From: Zygnema circumcarinatum SAG 698-1b
Lineage: Eukaryota > Plantae > Zygnematophyceae
Length of the DNA: 64,000 nucleotides
Direction of reading: 5' to 3'
NCBI GenBank assembly: GCA_037447605.1
Contig: CM074820.1
Span: 1,240,001-1,304,000 of the forward strand
Shown here: positions 51,732 through 64,000 of the stretch, piece after piece
Numbering within the stretch: position 1 is the first letter of the stretch
Layout: each line of letters opens with the position of its first letter
The notes under the pieces: generated by a model
What the model saw: the letters and a program-made list of their open reading frames with translations, nothing else
Databases searched by the model: none
What the model was told of the DNA's origin: nothing
Translations under genes and position numbers: made by a program

Positions 51732-52640
51732 ATGGCATATGTGGATCGTTTCGTGGATATATCGGAGGACTACGGGGGCGAGCTGGTGATACATAATAAA
51801 CCTCCTTTGAAGGAGATTCTGCTGGCGGTAACACTTCTGGCGCTGGGAGCTTTAGGTATTGTGGCGGGCCTCTTCATGGCGTTGACACAAAAGGGAGCCG
51901 ATCAAGCAAGGGGTCAGTACCTTGGTTTCCGTTTTCACCCTTTTTTTTTTTTTTTCGTTTGCAGGGTCGGGACTATTCGAAGTGTTGCATGACTTTCAGG
52001 AGATGCTTTGAAGGTTTGCAGAGTCATTATTTTACTTGAGAAATTTCTGAATTCGCGCAGTGTGGCTCGATTGTTGCCGCAGTATAGAGTCATTTGTCTT
52101 TCACTGGTGGAAAGACAGACTAGAGATGTGTTGTCATTCACAAAGTGAGATTAGGTGATGTCTAATGCTGGAAATCTCTAGTTCTTCAAGTTGGATCCCT
52201 GTTTTAGGGTTTGATCATCGTCAGGCAGTGAAGCAGCTGGGCTTCAAGTGGAATTTCCTCGTTGCTGGACTCTCAGCAACTCTCTGCATCTTTCCAATTC
52301 TCTTTGTAATTCCGAAAATTCAGCATCGCACACTTTGACACAGCGAGCTTTTCTTACTAGCTTGAGGCTCTTCAATTATACACGCTTCGACATGTAGCTA
52401 TCGAGAAATAAGGCTGAATAACTCTTGGTGACAGACTGCTTGTTCGCTTCCATCACATCTGCATTGGACCTTTGTCCAACTCCGGTTAACATTGCAGAAA
52501 TTTGCTTTGTCATCTCAGGGGTTGCATATGTCGTATTGGGAGCGCTGCTCTTCCTTCCAGGCTTTTATGAGAGCCGGATCGCGTACTATGCTTACAAAGG
52601 CTACAAAGGGTTTTCTTTCGCAAACATCCCTGCTGTATAG
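51732..52640 (+). CDS. TMEM230: Transmembrane protein 230-like (UPF0414), 2 exons
   Basis: MAYVD...[15 protein letters not shown]...G|[39 protein letters not shown], matching the plant TMEM230 C-terminus. Confidence 0.92.
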
Positions 52641-53519
52641 TTGTCGAACCACCTGCCAAGAGGATCTCCGCGGATTTATCGTGATATTGACGAACAACGG
52701 GAAGTAGTATTATATAAATTTTCTGCAACTACGGTGCTGAAAGCAGGACATAGCACTGCTAAGGCGCCTCCCCCGCCAACCCCATGATATGTTGTTCCCT
52801 TAGAGCCGGTGATCCTACGTTGCTTTGCAGTCTGGAAAACTGCTTTAGGGCTTTTTTTGGAACCTCTCAGATGTGGGATTTACAGAAAGCGGATTGACGT
52901 TGTACAGAGTGCGTGTAGAAGGAACCTGCAACATTTCATGGAAATAGTTCTGGGGCGGAACTTCCAGTGATCATCGTCTGCCAATAATACGTGCCCCGTG
53001 ACAGTTAGGCGTGTTAGGTCATTCGATTTCCGGATTTTTTTTTTTTTCTTTTTCTTTGTACGTTAGGTGGCAGGTGATGAAGACTGGGAAGCGTGCCTCA
53101 GACTCAAAAAGGAGGTATCGGAGATGTTTTGGCAATTCATATAATTCCAGATTTTGTGTGAACTGACTAAAAAAGATGTGACATGTTACTTGTGGCAAAT
53201 TTGCGACTAAGGACAGTTTGCGAGGACGATTCTAACCGATCCAACATTCTTGAAGGGAAGTTTATAGACATCGTCCCATTACTGAAGGAATCTCATACCG
53301 ATGGACCATGACCTGTAAAAAAATGTCTAATTACATGTGATTAGAGATCTATCAGCATTTGTAAACAACAGGGGACCCTTAATCACACATTTGTGCAACC
53401 GGCACCGATATTCTGACTTCAGAATGCTGCGTGTGTTCGTGCCGCAATGTAAGAAGCGCATAATACATCACTTTTTAAACACATCAAGATCATCTCCTGA
53501 TGTAACATGAAATGTCCGC

Positions 53520-54320
53520 ATGACATGGCTTTCACTTTCTGTTCCCTTCAGTCACCCATCGTTGGCTTGTTTCAACCTTTCCAGGGTCACACAATCGCTA
53601 GGCTGCCTTCGTCGCTATGGCAACGCTGCGCGCAGTTCCAACGTGAGTCGCCTGTTCACTTCGCTTGCCGTAACGAAGCAACAAACTAGTCAAACAAGTG
53701 ACGAACACTGGTATAGTATAGAAAGTGACACTACCTTTCCAAGTTTGATTGAGTACCATGAAGCCCAAAGGGCTGAAGCTACTCTACAAGCCAGAGTCAA
53801 ACAACATTATGTCGACCATAAATATAGAAGACTAATCGACATTATAGCAGATCCGACCACACTTTTGATGGCTTACAACCGTATCAAATCGAAACCAATA
53901 CAGAGGAACCCTTTTGAAAAAAGGCAACTATCCAACAAATTACACTGTTTAAAGGAAATACCACGCGAGTGGTTTGAGCCAATGTCAAAACATCTTAAGG
54001 AAGGTACCTATGTGTTTGAGAGTAACTTCGGCAAAATAGCAAAAGTGGGATCGTTCGAGCAACCCTTCAAGGGTTGCAAACAAACACAAGATTGTATAGT
54101 GCAAGAGGCCATTTGCCTGGTACTTGAAAACATCTACGAACCTTTGTTTAGACCGAGCTCTCATAGCTTTAGACCTAACAAAGGTCCGTTCACAGCGATA
54201 GAACAGGTGCGTAAATGGACTGGTGTTACGTGGTTAATACCTATGGATGTGCAACCTTTGCTTCCTTTGATAGACCAGAAGTCACCTTTGTTCAAAATTT
54301 TAGGTCAACATATAGAAGAC
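53520..54320 (+). CDS. Group II intron reverse transcriptase/maturase-like protein, nuclear-encoded (nMAT-like), truncated by the N-gap at 54321
   Basis: RT0 YRRLIDIIADPTTLLMAYNRIKSKP, RT1 WFEPMSKHLKEGTY, RT2 QDCIVQEAICLVLENIYEPLFRPSSHSFRPNKGPFTAI and RT3 WLIPMDV...LFKILGQHIED; the first ~55 aa lack acidic residues and are Ser/Arg/Leu-rich. Confidence 0.88.
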
Positions 54321-54956
54321 NNNNNNNNNNCCCCCCCCCCCCCCCCCCCCTTCCCGGGAAGTTCTCAGGTCTCTTCCTCACGTCGGGATACGCACAAAAA
54401 GGTGATTACAAAGAAAAAGAAAAAAAACAAGGAGCTGTCCCCTAGCCCGCACCTCTGTCCTCTAGCTGCGTGTCCCTGCACTGGCGAATCCTGTAGCATA
54501 CATCCTCCCGCTTCCTGATATATAATCCTGCAAGTGTGTTCCTATACTCTATCTCACACTCTCTCTCATCTCACTTTCTCCAAAGCTGGTGTCTGCAGAA
54601 ACATCCCGTCTCAGAGAAGTATCTGTTTTTCTCTCTCTAACTCTCTCTCTCGCCCCCCCCCACTCTCTCTTTTTCTCTCAGTCTCTCTCCCCATTATCTC
54701 TCTCAGGGAGTACAAGACTGGAGTACAAGCTATGAGATAGCTAAACTGTTGATTGCACAAAAACCTGTAAAAGAAGTCTATATAGACCCTCCTGATGCCC
54801 TCCCTCCTGCCCTTAATGGAACCGTGTTGCACGCGTGGCAGGTGAGGGGATGAGCCAGCCACCCCTCATGAGCAAAAAACCTAAAGAAACTCTTCCAGAA
54901 AATACAATCAAAATGCACACCCTGTCGGCTCTCCTCCTTCTCCCCCTCCCGCTCCC

Positions 54957-57900
54957 TCACTTGGCGCTACCTGCGTCCTCCCTGTGCGCCAGTGGGAGCT
55001 CCAAATTTACAATGAAATAGCTCTTCCCGGGCTCCCGCACATACTGCACTTCCCCACTCATTAGGCGCACAATCTTCCGGCACATGCTGAGGCCCAAACC
55101 CTCCTGCGACTTGTTGTGGGCGTCCGCACGGTCAAACATTTGGTGCACCAAATCTTCAGGCAGTCCCTCCCCAGCATGTGTCACCCTGCAGAGTGAACCT
55201 CAGCGTTTCCGTTACTGCGTCGTTCGCTTACAGTCGCTGAAATGCTGTTCCTATGTATGCCTAGGGATGAACGGATAATAATCGATTGACAACAAGGTAC
55301 CCTCTTTGTATCCGCCTACTTCAATTCCCAAGATATTCGCTAATAATCTCAGGGAACCGAGGCGAACATAAGAGGGTACAGTACTGTATTGCAACGACGC
55401 TTTTATACATACACGCGTTTACAGTGATGTTCAGTTGTTCAATTACAACTAAAAACCAGAAGTAACAGACCAATTTATTTCAAGACGGCCGGCATGAATA
55501 CACAGATTGCTCAGTCCTGCAATTATTATTTCACCGGCGCCTTCATATACACATACCTTGAACAGACTACAAACAGAAAACATGAAAAAGCAGCATCTCA
55601 TTTCAATGCAACATTCATACATACATACCTTAACTCGAGCTGGACCACATCTACGCCTCCAGGAAGCCGCTTAGTATGAGGGACCACCTTGATCTCCACC
55701 CATCCAGAGGCAGGCGTGAACTGCACCGCATTCATGAGGAAGTCTGCAAGCACTTGCTGCAGGCGGACCTGGTCTCCAAAGACACACATAGTCTTGAATT
55801 CGGGGGGAGTATCGCAGAATAGTTGAAGGCCTTTCTTGCTGGACTGCATCATGCCTTGGCTCACAACGCTGTTCATAACTGAGGCCATCATGAACTCAGC
55901 CGTCTCTAACTCCAAGTATCTGCATCACCCCCAAGATTTGCTCGTCTCATCATACAAAATCTGACGCATTCATCACCACCTTGACAAACCTCTCCGACTG
56001 CATGAAATCGGGAAGCGAGAAAAGTAGAGAGCGCAGAAATTAAGGGGGAAGAATAGAAATTAAGACGAACAATGACCCCCTGAATCATGGAGCCTATCTT
56101 CAGGACGATGTAAGGCAAGGCGGAGCAACCGTTCTCTCACCCTTCCTCAATGCTGGTTAAGTCCATATCATCCAGTATGCGACGCAGCTGCTTTTCACAT
56201 GTAGCACTTGTCTCAACTAACTGCTTCTGATCCTCTGACAGATCCGTGTGTTCGATAAAGGATCTGGCAAAGTGGATGCCATCGAGAGGGTTCCGAATTT
56301 CCTGCCGAATATAAGCCAGCTCTTTGGCTTTGGCCTCCGCCACTTTCTCAGCCGCCTTCTGCACTGTGAGGGCCTGCTGCAGCTCCATACTGGCAATGTG
56401 CAGGAAGCAGAAAACACCGGTAATTGCTCCTTCAGCATCTGTTCGCTTGCTTGCTGTCAAAAGGACATCTACTGGTTTGCCCTGCAATTCCACGTGCAGA
56501 AAGTCAAATGCTGCTGGGTATTAAGTTCACCAGCTGCACGAACATGATTCGAGCGGGTCCTACCTCCTCAAAGTGTTTCCATGACACATGCAAAGATGGT
56601 TATCCACTGAAGAACACAGGTATTGCACACCTGTCGGTCATAGAATGAGAAAGGAAATTTATCGGTATCATTCCCGTCCATAGCATTGTTCAACACAATC
56701 ATGAACTTTGTGAGGGCGTCGCCACTTTTCAGCCGGCAGAGTCCCCCGAAGATCTCTCCCGTCAGCATCTTGCCCACGACATTGTCACGGTACACACCCG
56801 TCACCTTCTCCATAGCAGGGTTCCACTCTGTGCAGTAACCCAGCTCTGCAAGGTAACACGTGGACATACAAGTCATACAATGTGTGAAGTCAGACGCTGA
56901 AAGCAAGCTGCATACAGGCAATTTTTTGAGTCCACATGTGCTCCTCCCCTGCCTGTAGCAACTATCAATTGCCAAAAGAATTGAAAGGTCAAGTGTGCAT
57001 TACCATCTGAGCCAAAAATTGGCGGAATAAGAGAATGCTGAGATCGCACAATGGTGGTGTAATCCCCCTGGATACGTGTGAACTTGTCCATTACCACCCT
57101 CTGCCCAGTTACATCTTGGCCTACAAAGCAGACTCCAACCACGTTCTCATTCACGTCCCGACTGGCACATGCGTTCACCACCAAGATAACGGCACCCTTG
57201 TCCTTTTGGGTTCCCCAAGACTGCAGCTGTATCTCCACATTCTGCTCCTCCTCACCTGTAACACAGCAGGGAAATACATGTTTCAAATCTGAAACACATT
57301 TTCTCTAGACCTGGAGGTATCTACTATACCAATACGTGCCACTATCTGCTACTCAGCCAAACACCAGCTTCATTGGTAACCTTGCAGTCCCTTGGCACCC
57401 TTTGCACCCTCTGAGAGAAAAAGCTACACAGAGAGCCGCACCATTCAGAGCAAGGTATAACACCCTCTCAACCGTTTCCACTGAATCCTTGTGTATCAAT
57501 TCCTTCACGAGCGAACGGCCCATAGCGTCTGCCACAGGTATTCCTGTCAACTGAGATACTTTGGCGTTCCAGCCATTGATACAACCATTGAAGTCAACAG
57601 CCAGGATAGGTGCAGTGGCAGTCTCAATTAAGCGCACCATCTCATTAGCCACAGTGCTAAGCTCATCCATGCCCTGCCAACCCATTCCAATACGCGGGTG
57701 CAAAGTCAGGTCTCTCTTCTGCCTAGGTCAACTGACCAGGATTGCAATTGCACGGATATGCAACCTATTCATACATCTTACAATTTTCCAGAACATTACA
57801 CCATAGCCTCAATCTGCTATTCCCAGCAAATCGAAAATTACGAAGAGCATGTCCTTGCAGTGCTGCAGGAGAAACTGAACCGCAGACTGAAATTGTAGGC

Positions 57901-60889
57901 ATAAAGCAGCGCTTTTGAAGTCTAAAAACAACCTTTGCTCGAAGAAGCAAAAGACACTATGTTTCTGAGCATCGAGCAGCATCGTGTTAGATACACTAGC
58001 CACTCTCGCTCGTTTCACTATTGAATTTTCACAAACCTGAAGTTTGAGGTCGTTTAAGCGTGCATGGATCATTCTCTTGTTTTCAATGTCATCAATGTCT
58101 TGGAAAGAACCACGCAGAATGAGTTGCAGACTGTGAATGGCATCCATCTCCACATCCTCCCATGGTAGTGATCGCTGCTTCACGACCTCCAGAAAGGCTT
58201 TGAAAGATGAGCGAGGATGCATTTTACGGCCATCATCCCTATCGTCAGAGTCATGCCGTGCTCCTGCCCACCTGATCTCTTTTTCTGCATGGGATCTGAA
58301 CCAGAATAGGAAGTCCTTGTTTGTAATCCTTGCAGCAGCCATGCCGCACACAGCTACTCCAAGATCGTTGGCTCCCGGATATCCAGCGTCAGCAAGACTG
58401 TCAGTGCTCAGCCCTGTCGAATCTTTGTGGTATTCGAGCAACCAGTCAGCAATATCTTTCACCTGCTCTTCTGTTGGGGTCACCCCTAAGAGCCAAAAGC
58501 GGCCTCCATAGTATAAAGCAGCCCCGTCACACTTGACAAGATCCATAATATTGGGGTTTTGAGAAACAATGCCAATTGGTGCATCACGGAGAAGCATATC
58601 ACAGAGAAGGGTCTGTGTGCGAAGAATGTGCTTCTCCCGGAGCTGCGCTGCTAGCTCCACCTCCATGTTTAGCTGCAAGCCGAAAACCTGCAAAAGAACA
58701 ACGTTTTGCCGAGTGATGAGACCCAGGGAGTGAGTCTCTAGGCTTGAAGGGCCAGCAGATTCAATTACTAACTTAAACACCTTCAGTCATAGTAAACAAG
58801 TGCATCTGATGCTGAAAATGGTGACCTCTTCAAGTTCATGCAATGCATTCATGCTCATACCCACATCAAGCCAATAACCCATGAAAAGTGATTGGCGATG
58901 CTCGTCTGCAGGCATACCATACCTGCATAAGGAATTCACAGGCAGACCTCAATGGAAAAGGAACATAGCGCGATGTTGCGTGATGGCACACAACCAGGCC
59001 CCAAAGTTTACGTCCCTTTTGCTGACTGGCTCCTCTGGGTGCTCCATCGTCGTCATTGTCATTGATGATAACAGCCATGACCAGTGAAGCCATAGAACCC
59101 ATGTTCATCATATACTGCGCGTGGCAACCATGAACTCCCCGTAGTGTTGACCCAGCAAGACTAAGTGGTTGCTTCAAGCTGAAATCCTGTATAACTTTCA
59201 CCTGCAAATCAAGAAGAAGTAAAATGAGTACGTCTGACTCCATCAACGCTGGATAAACAACGCCGCAACTTTTTTCAAAAGAGATAGAATAATGACACCG
59301 TCCTTCAGTCATTAATTCTTAAACATGCCAGCCACAGTGCAGCATAGCGATAACATATGGCAGTTCTCAAACTGAGCACTGAAACATGCAAAAAATCGCT
59401 TCGAAAGATTCTTAGTGCTCCTTAGACATCTGTAACGTCAAAACAGATTTATTCGTTCTAAAACCAAATAACCTTACGTTCATTCGCAGTTCTTCGTTAA
59501 ATGTGAATCTAAGAGACATCAATCCCACCAAAAAAACTACAATTTAACAGCAGATATAACAGACACGCAAGACAACATCATTAACTTCATCGTGCGTGGG
59601 TTGAAGGAAGGAGCAAAATGTATTGACTGTACCGGTGCAGCACGACAATCACAAATCATTCGAACACGGTTCTTCATGAAGAGGAATCTGGAGGCCTGGG
59701 GAATGTCAGTTGCTGGGTAGTGAAGCCCTAAGTAGGGCTCCAAATCTGATCTCCGAATCTCCGCAATAACCTCGCCATGCTCATCTTCATGGAATTTATA
59801 GGCCATCACTCGATCATAACCGGTCAATTCCCTCACTTCCTCCACCACAGCGTCGCAGAGAAGACCAATATCTCCTCCTGGTAAAGCCTGAAGTCTTGAA
59901 ATTGCCTTGGCAGCTAACTTGTGCGACCTAAGAGCTCCAGCAGCAGAAACTGATGGATCTGTGGGCCTCACAGGCTCAAAATCTATCACAAGGCCAAGGT
60001 CTATCCTATGCATGATAGCGTAGAAAGGCTTCTGACCACTCCTGCTTTGTATAGAGATTGGGTTCATCATGCTCACATCGTTCGAACTGGCTGCCTTTTC
60101 CAGTGCGGCAACACTTGAAGGAGTAAACAGAGTTCGTGCATCGGTTCCAAGCTCTGTCAACCTCCGCTCCGATATCTTCATGAGACGCGCAGCATTGAAA
60201 AAAAGACAGTTTCCCAGAGGTCTAGACGATACAGGATTTATAAACAACTCTCGTTAAAGTTAACAACTGAGAGGGGACAACGGAATGCTTAATTACTGGT
60301 CAGTGAGTCCTACGCTCAGGAATAGACAGAATGCAATAGCTAAGTACCCACAAATCCTGCCAGAATTGGCTGCGATTCCCTTACGTGACGAGTATATGGT
60401 TCAAGACTTATATATTACACAGTTTTTCAAACATCCAGCATGATTTAGCCTCCCTCCACACAGACAGCGAACTTCTGCCATTATGCTCCCAGCTAATAAT
60501 GGTGGATGTTGGTACGCACCAAGGAGGCCCTTCTGGCCAACACTGGGAACAGCTTGGGGCGTCAAATCCAGCATCTCCAGTGCATTCTCGCTGTATGCTA
60601 GGACTTTGAAACTGCCTTCTTCAACCGCGAGCATGCAGCCAAAGGCCTGAGTGATGCCTCCCCTTTGCATGCGCTGAAGATAAGCTGTCACTGTGCTTGA
60701 AGGAATTGACTCTCCTGTGCCCTTACTAGCGACCACAGACTTGGAATAGTCGAATGAATCTCCGGAAGTTTCTGACTCCTCGAAGGCTCGATGAAGCTTT
60801 GCGTCCGCGTTGGCCTGGGCCACGCGAACATCTCTCTTTGACTTCGCAGAGCTCCCCCCTGAGGAGTTCGACATCCGGGAGGACGACAT
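54957..60889 (-). CDS. PHY: Canonical streptophyte phytochrome (charophyte PHY1-like), 10 exons: 60889-60520, 60153-59633, 59201-58923, 58687-58037, 57673-57442, 57255-57004, 56845-56631, 56481-56141, 55919-55629, 55185-54957
   Basis: Full PAS-GAF-PHY-PAS-PAS-HKRD architecture; chromophore site [50 protein letters not shown] and [11 protein letters not shown]. All junctions are GT-AG and in frame. Confidence 0.98.
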
Positions 60890-61680
60890 TTCTGCGCCCT
60901 TCCTCACACGCCGACAACTAGCTACAGGTGCGACAAGCCAACGAACCCGCGGCCCTCTTCCTCCTAGAGTCTGCACAGACAGTTTGCCAGACAGGCCACG
61001 GCTCACAATGATGCAGAAAAGCCTTTCAAATTCACTGGTGACGCGCCAAACACTATCGTAAGGTCAGATGACGGCACGTCGGCTGCAATGGTAATCATCT
61101 GTGAGAGAACAAAGCATAGCAGTGCAAATGCTTTATGGTCATGCGAATGCGGCAAATGCTCTATCCGTGAAGGAAAAGTGGCGTGCGCGTAGGTTTCCGG
61201 ATGCAATATTCACAAGGCAGTTCCCTGATAGAATAAAGAGCGAAAACATAAAGAACAGATACGTTCCCCGGAACAACCGTGTCACCTCCTGTTTCTCTCT
61301 TTCCATAACCTCCTAATGAAGTGACATCAATCACACAACCTCCCTCTCCAACCAAGACGACCACAGGGTCCTTCCTTCCCACACGCCGTCACCGCCATCC
61401 GTCCATGCATCAATACCATCCATCCATCAATGAAAATCACCTCCCGGACGGTCCTGCACACAAACCTCCATCCTGTCCCCTCACCCTTCCCTACCCTACC
61501 CTTACCCTCTCCCTCCTCCTCCCTACCTGTCACACCCCAACCGACGCCGGGCCTCCAACTCCCGCCCGTCAAGACCCCTCCCCGTCCAAAACCCCTCCTC
61601 CTTCCAAATCCCTCCGCGCTTTGCAGGACTTCCCTTCCGCCCTCGGCCCTCTCTCCCTTCCTCCCTCCCTCGCAGCGCGT

Positions 61681-62700
61681 GCCACGTGGCGCGGCGGCCG
61701 AGCAGCGCGGAGCAGGCGGGGGGAGGGCGACCCGGAAGGCTACCCGCCGCACTTTCCGTACAGACCGTCACGTGAACAGGGAGGGGCCAGATAAGCGCTT
61801 TAGCCACGTGGCGCACTCGCCTGCGATCGCCGCCCAGATCGGACGGTCCGCGGCGGCCCGCCCGCCTGCAAGTGGACTCGAGGCTCGCGTACTTTTGCTC
61901 AAGGGGGGTCTGGCGTTACATGAGGGTGGAGGGCCGTTGTAGGTAACGAGAAACGGGACAGGACGCGGGAACGGGCGCATGGAATACAGGCAGGTCGGTG
62001 CCGCCCTGGTCCGCGGTGCCAGCGCGGCATGAGGAGAGGACGTACGGATGGCGTGCGCGTGGGCGGAGGGCTCTCATTGGGCCCCCGCCGACAAGCCCTC
62101 ATCATTGCTGTACGGTGGGGCGCTCTCAGCCGTCGATGTGGGAAATCGGACGGCTGGATCGCGCCGGCAGGTGGGCTGCTGTGCTGGCGCCGGCGCTTCA
62201 TGGCGGGCTTGGACTATGGGGCCGTTTCCTTGTAGGCAAATCGAGTTTGTTGTTGTGACGTCGTGCGTACGTCATCGATACCTGCCACGCCCGGTCCCTT
62301 GGCTTCGTGACCGTATTCGAACTCGAAAATGGGGTAGAGTTATTCATAAATTGTAGATTTTCTTCCACGTGGCGGCCAGCGGATCGAGATATCTGGCCTG
62401 TCGTCACGTGGCGGCAGCCAGTTGGAGCAAACGGTCCCTATTTTGGCCGATTGTCAACCGATTGCGCCGGTTTCAAGCAGGAGCGGAACGGCTCGCAAGT
62501 TTGTTGCTACAAACCTGCGTCGGGCTGAATTTACAACTTTGTGACGGAAGCGGAACCGAAAAGGACGGAGACTACGTCAGAAATTGTCGTGAAAGATATT
62601 TTGGACTTATGGGATTTTTAGGCGCGAGAACCGCGCGACGCTGTGATTTTGTTTTTTGCGGTTCGTGGGAATCTGATTATGCGCCGGAAGTGTCACGTGG
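61681..62700. promoter_or_regulatory. G-box (CACGTG/CCACGTGG) cluster upstream of phytochrome
   Basis: gccacgtggc at about 61681 and 61803; CACGTG also at about 61769, 62366, 62405 and 62694. Confidence 0.5.
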
Positions 62701-62820
62701 CAGAATGGCTCTCAACCGTCGATGCGAATAACGGACGGTCCAGTTTGGACGACGGGTAGATGAAAATCCTGCCGTTCTATGTGAACGCAGCTTCGTCCTG
62801 CGTTGATAACTGCCTTTATC

Positions 62821-63949
62821 AGGGTAGTGATATTTCCACCCCTTTTTTGGATCCAAACACCCCTTCCCGGCCGGGCAGATTTCAAAAAGGATTAAAAACG
62901 GAAAATGCTTTCTTCACACCTTTTTGGAATCGATACCACCCTCCGGCAGATTTTATTTCTGCGAAACAAGGAAAATGATAACCCGTCACCCCATTTGAAT
63001 ATCCCGCCTACCTGAATCACGCGTGCGGTCAATCGCAGCCGTCGATTCCCTCGCAGATCGCAACACTGCAGATCACTATTTGATCGGCAGCCGGGCTCGG
63101 TCTCAGCGCATGGCACGAGCCCACGTATTGTCCGTACAAATGTCATACGGTCGCAACTTGAGGAACCCAAAATTTCGTACATTGAGATCTTAGACCAATC
63201 AAAAATTTCCACGTCAAAAATTTAACACGTGGCAGATGTTGATTGGCTGGGAGCTAACAATGACGAGATCTCGGGCCGAAGGACGCCCGCACTCGCTCGT
63301 GCGATTTGGCTTTGACGGGACTCGTGGGCGCTTTCCATTCGCTAAGATCGAGCCCGGCTGCAGATCGAACGGTGATCTGCAGTGGTGTGATCTGCGAGGG
63401 AATCGACAGCTGCGATTGACACACACGTGTGAAGGACGGACACCCGCGAACGATCTCGTGGCGGACGGATCTTCCGCTCGGGCAGGCAGATATTTCTTAC
63501 CCTCAAAAAAAAAATTCAGGGAGGCGGGATACAGTATTCAAAATGCGGTGACGGGGTATCATTTTCCTTGGTTAGCAAAAATAAAATCAGCCGACGGAAG
63601 AAGGTGGGTATCGATTCCAAAAAGGTGTGAAAAAAGCATTTTCTGTTTTTAATCCCTTTTGAAATCTGCCCGGCCGGGAAGGGGTGTTTGGATCCAAAAA
63701 AGGGGTGGAAATATCACTACCCTATCATTTTCCTTGTTTCGCAAAAATAAAATCTGCCGATGGAGGGTGGGTATCGATTCCAAAAAGGTGTGAAAAAAGC
63801 ATTTTCCGTTTCTAATCCTTTTTTAAATCTGCCCGGCCGGGAAGGGGTGTTTGGATCCAAAAAAGGGGTGGAAATATCACTACCCAATATCAGGTGTGAT
63901 ATTTTTCGAGGGTAGTGATATTTCCACCCCTTTTTTGGATCCAAACACC
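62821..63949. mobile_element. Non-autonomous foldback/TIR element (62821-63723) with ~300-bp inverted arms, plus a duplicated right end (63724-63885) and a new left-end fragment (63909-63949)
   Basis: AGGGTAGTGATATTTCCACCCCTTTTTTGGATCCAAACACCCC at 62821 is the reverse complement of the sequence ending at 63723; inner arms 63020-63125 and 63315-63425 also pair. No transposase ORF. Confidence 0.88.
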
Positions 63950-64000
63950 AGATTTTCTGGCGTTTGAAACGAGTGTCAGCAGCAGGATTTTATCCTGCGT

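Noticed and set aside
54331-54518. C-terminal PPPPPPFPG... portion of the 332-aa ORF 53520-54518
   Set aside because: It lies across the N10 gap and a poly-C run and has no RT similarity; it is most likely phytochrome 3' flanking DNA joined by scaffolding.
61321-62731. Multiple 100-170 aa ORFs upstream of phytochrome
   Set aside because: This is GC-rich promoter or UTR sequence with Pro/Gly/Arg-biased translations on both strands and no domain similarity.

Overview
This is eukaryotic nuclear DNA from an intron-rich, gene-dense green-lineage genome. It is most likely a streptophyte alga, probably Zygnematophyceae-like; this is inferred from the charophyte-type 10-exon phytochrome together with land-plant-like genes. 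I assembled about 14 spliced genes by hand from the ORF track and GT/GC-AG sites: beta-tubulin (runs off the left edge), plastid cystathionine beta-lyase, an unidentified beta-strand-rich gene, TRAPPC1/BET5, an LSD1/LOL1 zinc-finger gene, a UcpB-like mitochondrial carrier, MAP70, TIM13, SLX9, PIN1, an HIBCH-like hydrolase, CZIB/DUF866, TMEM230 and phytochrome. The most notable items are these. (i) An intronless group II intron reverse transcriptase/maturase ORF with a transit-peptide-like N-terminus, cut by an assembly gap next to the phytochrome 3' end. (ii) A DRD1/CLASSY-type SNF2 relic with a premature stop and most of the ATPase core missing. (iii) A 38-bp minisatellite carrying G-box and MSA-type motifs in the PIN1/HIBCH divergent promoter; it is one of several distinct short-motif arrays lying upstream of genes. 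(iv) A long foldback TIR element upstream of phytochrome and a small MITE. (v) Intronic TTTTAGGG-type telomere-like tracts. I recognised no rRNA, tRNA or CRISPR features. Four N10 gaps are present. Exon boundaries and protein comparisons were made by eye and from memory, with no searches run.
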